Position numbers and translations under genes: made by a program. Positions 27,820 through 40,614 of a stretch of 64,000 bases of DNA are shown in pieces. The DNA is from Pecten maximus. Taxonomy: Eukaryota. Numbering within the stretch: the stretch's first letter is position 1; the number at the start of each line of letters is the position of its first letter. The stretch spans positions 24,924,001 to 24,988,000 of the forward strand of contig NC_047028.1 in assembly GCF_902652985.1 (NCBI RefSeq). Reading direction: 5' to 3'. The notes beneath the pieces are model-generated. The model was not told the origin of the DNA. It was given only the letters and a program-made list of their open reading frames with translations, and searched no databases.

Positions 27820-28907
27820 TGTCAAGTAAGTGTGTACATTGTCAAGTAAGTGTGTACATTGTCAAGTAAGTGTGTACATTGTCAAGTAAGTGTGTACATT
27901 GTCAGGTTAGTGTGTACATTGTCAAGTAAATGTGTACATTGTCGAGTTAGTGTTTAAATTGTCAAGTTAGTGTGTACATTATCAAGTTAGTGTGTACATT
28001 GTCAAGTTAGTGTGTACACTGTCAGGTTAATGTGTACAATGTCGAGTAGCGATTACATTGTCCAGTTAGTGTGTACATTGTCGAGTTAGTGTGTACATTG
28101 TCAAGTTAATGTGTACATTGTCCGAGTTAGTGTGTACATTGTCAAGTTAGTGTGTACATTGTCGAGTTAGTGTTTAAATTGTCAAGTTAGTGTGTACATT
28201 GTCGAGTTAGTGTGTACATTGTCGAGTTAGTGTGTACATTGTCAAGTTAGTGTTTAAATTGTCAAGTTAGTGTGTACATTGTCGAGTTAGTGTGTACATT
28301 ATCAAGTTAGTGTGTACACTGTCAGGTTAGTGTTTAAATTGTCAAGTAAGTGTGTTCATTGTCGAGTAAGTGTTTACATTATCAAGTTAATGTGTACATT
28401 TTCAAGTAAGTGTGTACATTGTCAAGTTTGTGTGTACATTGTCCTAGATAGTGTGTACATTGTCCGAGGGAGTGTGTACATGAGTTAGTGTGTACATTGT
28501 CGAGTTAGTGTGTACACTTTCGAGTTAGTGTGTACATTGTCAGGTTAGTGTGTACATTGTCAAGTAAGTGTGTACATGTCAAGTTAGTGTGTACATTGTC
28601 AGGTTAGCATGTACATTGTCCGAGATAGTGTGTACATTGTCGAGTTAGTGTGTACATGTCAAGTTAGTGTGTACATTGTCAGGTTAGTATGTACATTGTC
28701 CGAGATAGTGTGTACATTGTCGAGTTAGTGTGTACATGTCAGGTTAATGTGTACAATGTCGAGTAGTGATTACATTGTCCAGTTATTGTGTACATTGTCG
28801 AGTTAGTGTGTACATTGTCAAGTTAATCTGTACATTGTCCGAGTTAGTGTGTACATTGTCAGGTTAATGTGTACATTGTCAGGTTAATGTGTACATTGTC
28901 AGGTTAG
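27820..28907 (+). repeat. 20-bp tandem minisatellite, ~54 copies
   Basis: Unit GTCAAGTTAGTGTGTACATT with variants; shares TGTCAAGTTA-TGTGTAC with the 52-bp array. Confidence 0.95.
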
Positions 28908-30182
28908 CTTTTCTATCAACATCAGAGTAAATGGTCTTTGTCAAGTTAGTATTTACAACAACTTCAAAGAGTAAGTTGTCGTGTACACTTTGTTAAGTTA
29001 ATATGTACAAGTGGGTAGAATGAGTTATCATGGCCACGTCATCCACTAAGGAGATTTGACGGTCGATAAGGGTCATCGTACTAGTCTGACGAAGGTGACA
29101 GAGTGTAGTTACCCTTAAAACCAATTCTGGCTGTGATATGGCAAAATCTTCACACTCTTTCCAAACACTGTAGGTACGTTAGAACCATGGGATAAGTACT
29201 ATACTGATATACATGTACGTTTATTTGGTAAGTCTAACTCTCATTTTACGGTATTTATGACACTGCAGTGAAATATTATACAATTGTTGATTCGGTTGAT
29301 ACGGTGATATATCAATCGAAATAAAGTGGCATAACTAGCTGATTAAATTTCGGTATGATCACATGTCATTAAGTTTGCATCTTATTCCATAATATTCACC
29401 ACGGCGTCATAAACTAAACGTCGCATTGCATAGCAGATTCCCAGGATGAATATCTTACCCATACATATATGTGTTGTGTTGGTGATCCGAAGATACAGAT
29501 TTGAAATTCCTGTCGTAGTTGTACTGTGATGAATATGTATAATATGTGTACAATTCGCGTCCATATACATATATGTAAATATATTTCGATCTGGGTATTC
29601 ACGACCACGACTATGTCAGGATATCTGGCCGACAATCATTGCGCCATATTGAAATGTTTTTTTTTTTGTTTTTTTTTAAAGTATGAAGATTCCATCTCAA
29701 CTAAAATGGCGAAAAGAAGAAACTATTTATCTCAATGTAAACGAAGCCGTAATTATAACTCAAAATTACCCCCCCCCCCCCCCCCCCCACCTCCCTAAAA
29801 ACATAACCAAAAGAGTGATTAACACAAACCTTATAAGGCAAAAAACATACAGGTGTTCAGGAAGGCTAAGCGTCTCTTATCGTATAAATCAAAGTCAAAG
29901 CCTAGTAGTGTAGGATTTTCACGATCAGAAGAATTGAGATGATGACGATGAAATTTCTAGATAGATTGGTGAATATCGAACACGTTAATTCAAATACCTT
30001 TACAGGATGTATAAGTTATCTAATCTTAATTAGGATCACGTATCCTTCAAAAAGCAAGTGCTTGCATTTTTGCTACAGAAATCTTTATATTGACAATAAG
30101 TTCGTGAGTATAGAATCAGGAACATGCACGTCAATAGCCGTTGCTTGTGAATTTGGACATAATGGTGTAAAAGATTTTTAAT

Positions 30183-30335
30183 GGGTGGTCAGGTGGCCCA
30201 GTTGTTACAAACTCGCCGTTCACGTAGGTGGCCGAGGTTCGATTCCCGATTGGGCAGGGACAGGTATGGGGTCAACTGTCCGACCGCCTAGGTTTTCTCC
30301 AGGTAGTCTGGCCTCCCCACTCAGTCGCGCGCTTC
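30183..30335 (+). mobile_element. tRNA-derived SINE, 3'-truncated, tail-to-tail with the next SINE
   Basis: GGTGGCCCAGTTG A box, GGTTCGATTCCC B box, GGTTTTCTCCAGGTAGTCTGGCCTCCCC domain. Confidence 0.65.
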
Positions 30336-30341
30336 AAACCA

Positions 30342-30569
30342 TTTGGTTTGTTTGGTTTGTTTTTGTTTAACGTCCTATTAACAGCCAGGGTCATTTTAGG
30401 ACGTGCCAGGTTTTGGAGGTGGAGGAAAGCCGGAGTACCCGGAGAAAAACCACCGGCCTACAGTCAGTACCTGGCAACTGCCCAACGTAGGTTTCGAACT
30501 CGCAACCCAGAGGTGGAGGGCTAGTGTTAAAGTGTCGGGACACCTTAACCACTCGGCCAGCGCGGCCCC
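30342..30569 (-). mobile_element. Full-length tRNA-derived SINE (V/Meta-type central domain)
   Basis: Minus strand: GGGGCCGCGCTGGCCGAGTGGTTAAGG (A box), GAGTTCGAAACC (B box), GGTTTTTCTCCGGGTACTCCGGCTTTCCTCC domain, and a 3' tail GACGTTAAAC(AAAC/CAAA)n. Confidence 0.85.
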
Positions 30570-33411
30570 TGCTTCAAACCAACAAGAGGAATTATTATAT
30601 AAGGTAGTATAACAGTTTTGTTTCGCAGCTGTTGCAAAATAAAATTAATTTTTGCCAAGGAGATAATATGTAATATATACATGTAGGTATGTAGATACCT
30701 ATCCGAACAGCTGTTAAATTGAGCTTTACTCTCCAAGATTATCAGTACAAGATAATCTTCCAATATATTTTTTATTTAATTAATTACTTTGAATCCGTAT
30801 CTGTCGAGCACAGGTAAAACGGCAGGTAATACCGACCGATGACAAAGCCATGGATGACGTCACAAACATCTTCTCGAACATGGACTTTTCTATAGTTACA
30901 CTTAGTTTTATTTATAATTCAACATTCAATTCTTATCAGATCAAGTCTTTATAAATCGTCGGTAAAACAATATAGCATTACCTTATTGAGTTTTGAAAAC
31001 CGCTACAACGTTATAGGAAGATGGATTTCCTCTCACTATATTCAGTAATTTTAAGGGAAAAATAGCCAGTAATTTTTTTTATATTTTTTTTTTGAGCCGA
31101 GCGAAGTGGCCTCATCATAAGTCAAAATATACAAGCAATGACACTTCAAGGTCATGGCCGTGTGATGTACAAGTTACAAAAACTATTATCACGCAGTAGT
31201 ATGAAGTAAATCATGAAAAGGCTATTTCTTACATGTGTTAAATTAAGTAAATGGATACATTATGATGTATAGGGACAGATATATCCTATCAACGTTTATA
31301 GTATTATGAACTACAACTTCATACAACCCATTGATTTTACATTTACTTAAGGTGCATACATCATGAAATGTTGAATCAGTACACATGTAATTAGAGAACT
31401 GGGTCATATATAGTTGCTTTGTCCTTCGCGGACAGGTCGGTTATTATAGCAGCCAAAATCGAGGAAAGCCAGAGCGGAAGTCAGGATATTCAAAACGAGT
31501 CTAAACAGATGTTTAAACATAGAATATCTTAAGTATTCCTTGAAAACGAACCTGACAAACATATCTCTCTAGATGGCCCAGCTGATTGTCCAGTGAATAC
31601 GTATTTAAATAAAACAGAACTTAATGATCCTTTGGTTGTTGGTGTCACAGGGGCTCCAGTGCACAATGTGTACATTAGCGCCAAATCCCTGTGTTCGGCG
31701 TTAAACCCTCATGTTTTCGTGCGAAATTTCAACGTTTTACTCGTCATACTTATGTTTTCCCAATATCATATTATTTATCGCTCATAAATAGCATTTCCGA
31801 CAAACTGTAACTAAAACAATAAAATAAAATACAATAAAATGGCGTGTGTACTGTATTGATCTAGTCAACAATCACGTGTATTGATTTCTATCCCGACACA
31901 CAACATCACCAACACATATACCCACCGCCTGTGGAATCTCCGGAACAACACCGAGCACAGCAAGTCTCCGCGTCAGTCAGCCATGATGGATGTGCTGGAC
32001 TGTATATAAAATCAGCTTACATCCACCCAAGATGTGATGCAGTTAAACTATCTGTTGCCGGATATGTCACAAACACATGTGTTGAACATATGGCAATGAA
32101 TCTCTATACACCATGTATTTAAAATGTGTAAAACCAAAAAATGTAAAGAGTTGTACAACCTATAGCTAGTGTTCATAACACTGAACAGTGAGCACGCCGT
32201 GCTTGTGATTAATATTTGAGAGGTTCACCACCACAGCACACCACCCCAGGGACCAGGGAATTGGTTACAGTTTACGTGTATTTGGACATTTCCAGAAGTT
32301 TTCGTGGACTATAATGAATACCGAGGAGTGTTATAAATGTAATCTTGGTGAAATATATATAGATAATGTAGCCCGTTATATATTTTGGATTTCATATTTG
32401 TATGGTTAAAATGACTGCATATATGCGTGTCTCAATATATTCTTTGTTGTTCGAATTTTGGATGAATTTTACGAATAATTTTATTTTGTAATATCAATAA
32501 AAATGCCTCAATTTTGATATATTGTTTTGCCACTTAACCATCCCAGCCAAAAATCAAACAAAACAGCTAAGGTACATATATTTTGATAGAATATCAAGTC
32601 CACTATCACTAGGATTTCTCTCAAGATTATCTCAATTGATTTCTGCCTGAGGATGTCGAAGTAGTCAAATCTTTTGCAAAAGAAACATATTTTTATTGAC
32701 ATTAGTGATTTATCCCTTTGTGGGATACATATTGTAGTTGAGATATTCACCAATTGAAAATAGACTATCCTAGTTTTAAACAATACCAGTCAATAACACA
32801 TACGATATGTATTAAATAAATTCATATTTAAATCATTCCATTCAGTAACACTGTCATCGAAGGAAACGATCTTCATAATATATTGTATTGAGATAATCCG
32901 CGTCGTTCAAAAGAGTGTCAACTTCATACCTAGTTTGATAAAAACATATGATGTACTGTAAATTTGGCTCTCTGATTTGCATAATTATTTTAAACAAAAG
33001 AGAGATGACACAAATCTACGATGGAATTTCCTTATCATCAGTGTTGATATCAATGAAAATCGGTTTGGACTAAATCATTATTATTTAATTGGTCAATTTG
33101 TACTTCATGGTTAAACATGCATGTAAATTATGACTTTCATGTATTAAGTCTAATAAAACTGGCACATTCACGAAAGCTATGTATGAAACGCACTCTTTTT
33201 AAGGCCAAAGATGTCCTACTCGAATTGAATCGGGACAAAGAGATTAATTGTTATAACTAAATTAATATGAACTACAATTAATGTACTAGTCCATTAGAGT
33301 ATGGCACTAGAGGTGTAGCCTAAAATATTGCGACGTTTAACCGACGCCAGACCGATATGAAGAACGTCGCACTAAGATTAGGGTTACAATCTACCGTGTT
33401 AATTTTCAGGA

Positions 33412-33745
33412 GATTTAATGATGTAGAAAAGATTAATGACAGTTTGGTTCGAGATTATGTAGAATATATTAATGATATTTTGGTTCGAGATAATGTTGAA
33501 AAGGTTAATGATATTTTGGTTTTAGATTATGTAGAAAAGATTAATGATAGTTTGTTTCGAGATTATGTAGAAAAGATTAATGCTAGTTTGGTTGGAGATT
33601 ATGTAGAAAAAGATTAATGATAGTTTGGTTCGAGATATATAGAACAGATTAATGATAGTTTGGTTCGAGATTATGTAGAAAAAGATTAATGATAGTTTGT
33701 TTCGAGATTATGTAGAAAAGATTAATGAGTGTTTGGTTTGAGATT
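33412..33745 (+). repeat. 36-bp tandem repeat, ~9 copies
   Basis: Unit GATTATGTAGAAAAGATTAATGATAGTTTGGTTCGA; explains the periodic ORF at 33357..33617. Confidence 0.9.
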
Positions 33746-34959
33746 TATATATAATATGGTGAACTATGTAGAAACGGCACAGTTCCACTATATAATATTC
33801 TGTAATATTTACATTTGCCTGGCAATACCACTTAATAAACTAACCAAAACAAAGTGTTGTCTATGAGAGTATAACTAACACCCAAAGCATGCCATGATTC
33901 CAGTGCGTAAGAATACATGTACAATGTAAACAAAGATGGCGGCCAATGTGAATCGAACTCTGAACTCCTGAGTGACCAAACACAAGAAATTTGAAACAAC
34001 TAAACTAAATGGTATAATATCGACAAAAACACATCAAATAAAGAAAATATGATAATAAATAAAACATTGTGAAAACCAATTTCATTATTTTTATCGTTTT
34101 TGTATGCACTATTTTGTGTGGCAATCTGCACGTGAGAAGAAAGGCTGTTCCAGTTTTGAAACAAGGGATTTCTGCCATCATTCATTAAAGTAATGAAATT
34201 CAAATAAAATGCTACACATAAACAAATATTAAATATAACGTCGAGCCACGTCTCTTATCAACTAAAATATAAACTTGCACGCGCGTACCAGCTTGTACTT
34301 ACACGCCAAATATAGCAATAAAAAAAATCTTACCAGACCCAAGCATGGCGCTGGAACTCATCTGTGTACGTCTCCTCGTAAGAATATTTATGTGACATCC
34401 GTTTTGTTCATTTATTGTACACTGTCTTCTCATATTCACACGGAAGCTAATAGCCTGTATCGGCATGCAAAGTACACAATAATCACATCCCATTTATACA
34501 AACTGTATATTACATCTCATTTTGTATGATCCACTTAATATGCTCTTTGATTTTAAAGAGAAGAGATACATATCTTCAACGGGGCATTAGTTTATAAAGT
34601 GTAATTTTAAATGTAATTGAATCTATTAGCATCTAATTTTAATGTCTAAGGCAAATCTAATGTAATTTATGCACGATGAAATACTTTACTTCATTGACGC
34701 AAAATTCCGGAGTTGACAAATAACTTGAATTGTTATTTAATGTCTGGAATATTTTGAGTTGACACTTTTAATCTAATTTAGCAAGGCTACAACATCAGAT
34801 ATAACAACAGCATTTAAAGTACTTTTTCGTATCAGAAATTATTTCTGACTACAACTTCCATTTTGAGAAAAGAAAAAAAATGCGACAATATAAAGGGATT
34901 TTCGCTAGCCAAGGGTTACACTCAACATATAGCTAAAGCTACTCCTCTAAGCAAAATAT

Positions 34960-37900
34960 ACAGTCCGCCTACTCTACCTCTAAGTCAATGGTTACAATCC
35001 GCCTACTCCTCTTAATCATTTTTTTATCCGCTACTTCTCTTAGACAATGATTACGACCCGTCTACTCCTCTTAGACAATGATTACGACCCGCTTACTCCT
35101 CTTAGACAATGATTACGACCCGCTTACTCCTCTTAGTCAATGGTTACGACCCGCTTACTCCTCTTAGCCAATGATTACGACCCGCTTACTCCTCTTAGCC
35201 AATGGTTACGACCCGCTTACTCATCTTAGCCAATGGTTACGACCCGCCTACTCCTCTTAGCCAATGGTTACGACCCGCTTACTCCTCTTAGCCAATGTTT
35301 ACGACCCGCCGACTCCTCTTAGCCAATGGTTACGACCCGCTTACTCCTCTTAGTCAATGGTTACGACCCGCTTACTCCTCTTAGCCAATGGTTACGACCC
35401 GCCTACTCATCTTAGTTAATGGTTACGACCCGCTTACTCCTCTGAGCCAATGGTTACGACTCGCCTACTCATCTTAGTCAATGGTTACGACCCGCCTTCT
35501 CATCTTAGTCAATGGTTACGACCCGCTTACTCCTCTTAGCCAATGGTTACGACTCGCCTACTCCTCTTAGTCAATGGTTACGACCCGTCTACTCCTATTA
35601 GTCAATGGTTACGACTCGCCTACTTCTCTTAGCTCTTTCAGTACCGTTGTCGACTATAGTCGACATAAAAGTGTGCTCCCTCTTCCCCGATGTCGACTAT
35701 AGTCGACAGGCTTAGTTGACGTTATTTAAGTGTTGATTTTTTGAAACCATCACCCGATATATACAATCATCCGATGCAATGACAAATATAACGTGTCAAA
35801 ACTTTTAAAACAGACATTTTTGATGACATATTCGTTTTTTTATTTCGTTTGAGTTACGTGTTTTTCCTTTAGAGCAATATGTAATATTTTCTCTACGTTG
35901 TTAATGTAAACAATATGGCGGCTTGCTACATTTGCATTTTAGATATCACTGTCTAGGACGTTTCAGATTTTTCAATCTGACATCTAGATCTTATTTAGTT
36001 AAATATTTCTTAATTATGTACAAATATTACACTAACCTTTGTGTTTCTATATGAAAAAAACAACACACCAAATACCCACATGTACAAATGTAGTCTGCCA
36101 TTTTGTTTAAACTTCTGGGGGGCGAGGCTTACTCCTCTTAGTCAATGGTTACGACCCGCTTACTCCTCTTAGTCAATGGTTACGACTCGCCTACTCCTCT
36201 TAGTCAATGGTTACGACCCGCTTACTCCTCTTAGCCAATGTTTACGACCTGCCTACTCCTCTTAGTCAATGATTACGACCCGCTTACTCCTTTTAGTCAA
36301 TGGTTACGACCCGTCTACTCATCTTAGTCAATGATTACGACCCGTCTACTCCTCTTAGTCAATAGTAACGACCCGTCTACTCCTCTTAGTCAATGGTTAC
36401 GACCCGTCTACTCCTCTTAGTCAATGGCTACGACCTGCCTACTCCTCTTTGTCAATGATTACGACCCGCTTACTCCTCTTAGTCAGTGATTACGACCCGC
36501 CTACTACTCTTAGTCAATGATTACGACCCGCCTACTACTCTTAGTCAATGGTTACGACCCGCTTACTCATCTTAGTCAATGGTTACGACCCGTCTACTCC
36601 TCTTAGTCAATGGTTACGACCCGCCGACTCCTCTTAGTAAATGGTTACGACCCGCTTACCCCTCTTAGTAAATGGTTACCACCCGTCTACTCCTCTTAGT
36701 CAATGGTTACGACCCGCCTACTCCTCTTAGTCAATAGTTACGACCCGCTTACCCCTCTTAGTCAATGGTTACGACCCGCCTACTACTCTTAGTCAATGGT
36801 TACGACCCGCTTACTCATCTTAGTCAATGGTTACGACCCGTCTACTCCTCTTAGTCAATGGTTACGACACGCCTACTCCTCTTAGTCAATGGTTACGACC
36901 CGTCTACTCCTCTTAGTCAATGGTTACGACCCGCCGACGCCTCTTAGTCAATGGTTACGACCCGCTTACTCCTCTTAGTCAATGGTTACGACCCGCTTAC
37001 CCCTCTTAGTCAATGGTTACCACCCGTCTACTCCTCTTAGTCAATGGTTACGACCCGCCTACTCCTCTTAGTCAATAGTTACGACCCGCTTACCCCTCTT
37101 AGTCAATAGTTACGACCCGCTTACCCCTCTTAGTCAATGGTTACGACCCGCTTACTCATCTTAGTCAATGGTTACGACCCGTCTACTCCTCTTAGTCAAT
37201 GGTTACGACCCGCTTACTCCTCTTAGTCAATGGTTACGACCCGCCTACTCCTCTTAGTCAATAGTTACGACCCGCTTACCCCTCTTAGTCAATAGTTACG
37301 ACCCGCTTACCCCTCTTAGTCAATGGTTACGACCCGCTTACTCATCTTAGTCAATGGTTACGACCCGTCTACTCCTCTTAGTCAATGGTTACGACCCGCT
37401 TACTCCTCTTAGTCAATGGTTACGACCCGCTGACCCCTCTTAGTCAATGGTTACGACCCGCTTACTCCTCTTAGTCAATGGTTACGACCCGTCTACTCCT
37501 CTTAGTCAATGATTACGACCCGCCTACTACTCTTAGTCAATGATTACGACCCGTCTACTCCTCTTAGTCAATGGTTACGACCCGCTTACCCCTCTTAGTC
37601 AATGGTTACGACCCGCTTACCCCTCTTAGTCAATGGTTACGACCCGCTTACTCCTCTTAGTCAATGGTTACGACCCGCTGACCCCTCTTAGTCAATGGTT
37701 ACGACCCGCTTACTCCTCTTAGTCAATGGTTACGACCCGCTTACTCCTCTTAGTCAATGGTTACGACCCGCCTACTCCTCTCAGTCAATGATTACGACCC
37801 GTCTACTCCTCTTAGTCAATGGTTACGACCCGTCTACTCCTCTCAGTCAATGGTTACGACCCGCTTACCCCTCTTAGTCAATGGTTACCACCCGTCTACT

Positions 37901-38785
37901 CCTCTTAGTCAATGGTTACGACCCGCCTACTACTCTTAGTCAATGGTTACGACCCGCTTACTCCTCTTAGACAATGATTACGACCCGCTTACTCCTCTTA
38001 ATCAGTGGTTACGACCCGCTTACTCCTCTTAGTCAATGGTTACGACCCGTCTACTACTCTTAGTCAATGGTTACGACCCGCTTACTCATCTTAGTCAATG
38101 GTTACGACCCGCTTACTCCTCTAAGTCAATGATTACGACCCGCCTACTCCTCTTAGTCAATGGTTACGACCCGCCTACTACTCTTAGTCAATGGTTACGA
38201 CCCGTCTACTCCTCTCAGTCAATGGTTACGACCCGCTTACTCATCTTTGTCAATGGTTATACGACCCGCCTAGTCCTCTTAGTCAATAGTTACGACCCGC
38301 TTACTCCTCTTAGCCAATGGTTACGACCCGTCTAATCCTCTTAGTCAATGGTTACGACCCGCTTACTCCTCTTAGCCAATGGTTACGACCCGCTTACTCC
38401 TCTTAGCCAATGGTTACGACCCACTTACTCCTCTTAGCCAATGGTAACGACCCACTTACTCCTCTTAGCCAATGGTTACGACCCGTCTACTCCTCTTAGT
38501 CAATGGTTACGACCCGCTTACTCCTCTTAGTCAATGGTTACGACCCGCTTACTCCTCTTAGTCAATGGTTACGACCCGCTTACTCATCTTTGTCAATGGT
38601 TACGACCCGCCTACTCCTCTTAGTCAATGGTTTCGACCCGCTTACTCCTCTGAGCCAATGGTTACGACCCGTCTACTCCTCTGAGCCAATGGTTACGACC
38701 CGTCTACTCCTCTGAGCCAATGGTTACGACCCGTCTACTCCTCTGAGCCAATGGTTACGACCCGCCCACTCCTCTTAGTCAATGT
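34960..38785 (+). repeat. 31-bp tandem satellite, roughly 100-110 copies, split by a ~490-bp insertion
   Basis: Unit TTAGTCAATGGTTACGACCCGCTTACTCCTC; degenerate copies at the left edge; interrupted at 35633-36126. Confidence 0.95.
35633..36126 (+). mobile_element. Truncated DNA-transposon end (piggyBac-like non-autonomous) within the 31-bp satellite
   Basis: Begins CTCTTTCAGTACCG after TTAG. Two copies of the perfect 18-bp palindrome TGTCGACTATAGTCGACA at 35648-35665 and 35691-35708. No matching right TIR. Confidence 0.5.
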
Positions 38786-40149
38786 TACATTTCCACCTAC
38801 CCCTATACAATTATTATTGGCTTCATTTTGATTTCATCTATTCGTCCATACATATAGTTTAATATTAACTTGTTTATTATAGATAATTGTTATTAGATTA
38901 TATCAATTGTTAACACAGATGAAAACCATGCGGATGTAATTCGGAGATTAATTCATTTGGCCCCACTTTTTCTAACCCTAAATTTGTTTTGAAAGGTGTC
39001 GATATCCTGTGTGTCTTTTGTATTATCCTTAGAGATTACAGGTGGCACACATTGCTGGTGGACTTTAATCTCCGAGGTTTTCGATAGCCTGTATGTCATG
39101 GTTTAAGTCATTTGATACGGTTCAGAAGATACACATGTACATATATTGTTTATCTGGGGTCCAAACGGCGTGCATTCAAAGTCCAAACGGAGTAACCTTT
39201 AGTCTACACTCAACTGTACATCACGTTTTCAATATTTGAAATAATGAAGTATATAGAATTATGGATCAAAAGTTGCACCTTCCCATTCAGATTCTGATAT
39301 TCGGCATATTTTGTGTGGGACTTGATTTGTTTTAAAAAAAGCTAACAAATTGTGTATGTTTTGTATCGAATTGTGGGAATCATTTTTAAATTTTTTATTT
39401 CGTTGGCGTATCATTAACAATCATTTACAAGTTGTTTACTTTCACTAGCGAAGATGGAATGATTGCTATACGTACATGATTTGCTGGATTATATTTCACA
39501 CAAATATCTTAAAGTTTACTGTAGATCTTGTTCATGAATTGTAGTTTTGTCTAATTATAAACCACAGACAAATGTTTAGGTATATGGAAGGGTCATATGG
39601 AGTATATCAGATAAGAAATATCGTGTACATTGTAATGTGTCTGTTCCTTAAGCACTAAATACATGTAACTAGATAATTCTATATTTATGATTAATTATAG
39701 AAATGTTTTTCATTTCATTTGATGTGAACCATTTATTAATGTGGATCAATTATTGTCTGTGCTGCATATATTGATATGATAATCTATTCTCTGTAATATA
39801 AATAACTTGTAACTTATACCATACCTAAAGATGATCGACAGCCAATCAACTACATTGTATATTACAATTAGTGGTACATGTGCAATGTGGCCTCTGAAAA
39901 TTACTCTAAAATGATATGTATAATCCTACTATTGTCTATGAGCCTGTTTCTGGTTCTATAACAATTCTAAATATCACTAATACCATTCGTGTATAACACC
40001 AACAATTGTAAGTGGAGACAAGATTTAGTCATTTTTTCATTATTTTGCCTCGGACATATCATTGATCATGAAATAAATCTGATTCAAGTTATACCAATTT
40101 ATAATACTAATAACTCTTGTTGGTCCAAATGGAATTGTTTGAGGAGTCT

Positions 40150-40295
40150 TGCTGTGGGAGGAAACTGGAGTTCGATGGACAACCCACGTGGTCGGGAAGG
40201 TGACCTTAGACCGTTCCATGTCCCAGCAGGGAATCAAGCCCAAGCCGCCTTGGTGAAATGCAAGTGTGTCACCACTGTGTCAACTGATCACCCAA
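40150..40295 (-). mobile_element. Degenerate SINE
   Basis: GGGAGGAAACTGGAGTTCGATGGACAACCCACG domain plus GGGAATCAAGCCC (reverse B box) and ACCACTGTGTCAAC (reverse A box). Confidence 0.55.
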
Positions 40296-40614
40296 TATCC
40301 AATATCTTGGATGTCATTGATTATGAAATAAAACTGAATAAACCTGACATTTACTTTGATAATATCATAACAACTAGCCTCATATATACATGTATACATG
40401 TACATTGTACATGAACGTCCATGTCGTATTTGAATAAAAAAAAACAACGTTTATCAGTTCATTGAATACCGACAATGTATGTGCTCCTTATATATGATCT
40501 GTAAAGAATTTCCAAAAGTCATAGCTAGAAAAACATTTGATTTATTTCACAATTGACAAAATAAATGTTGATGTGATGATTTGCATGATTTGAGAATGTT
40601 CTTATATATTGACA

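Noticed and set aside
29081-29135. Second hammerhead-like motif: CTGACGA-AGGTGAC...GTTACCCT-TAAAA-CCA ATTC TGG
   Set aside because: The GAAA box reads TAAAA, there is no proper NUH site and no helix I pairing; at most a decayed relic.
33357-33617. ORF with repeated DYVEKIND motif
   Set aside because: Translation of a 36-bp tandem repeat; the frame is broken by single-base insertions and there is no splice or homology support.
34960-38785. CRISPR-like appearance of the 31-bp array and its periodic ORFs (37695-38715)
   Set aside because: Units are head-to-tail with no unique spacers, there are no cas genes and the context is eukaryotic; the ORFs are by-products of the repeat.
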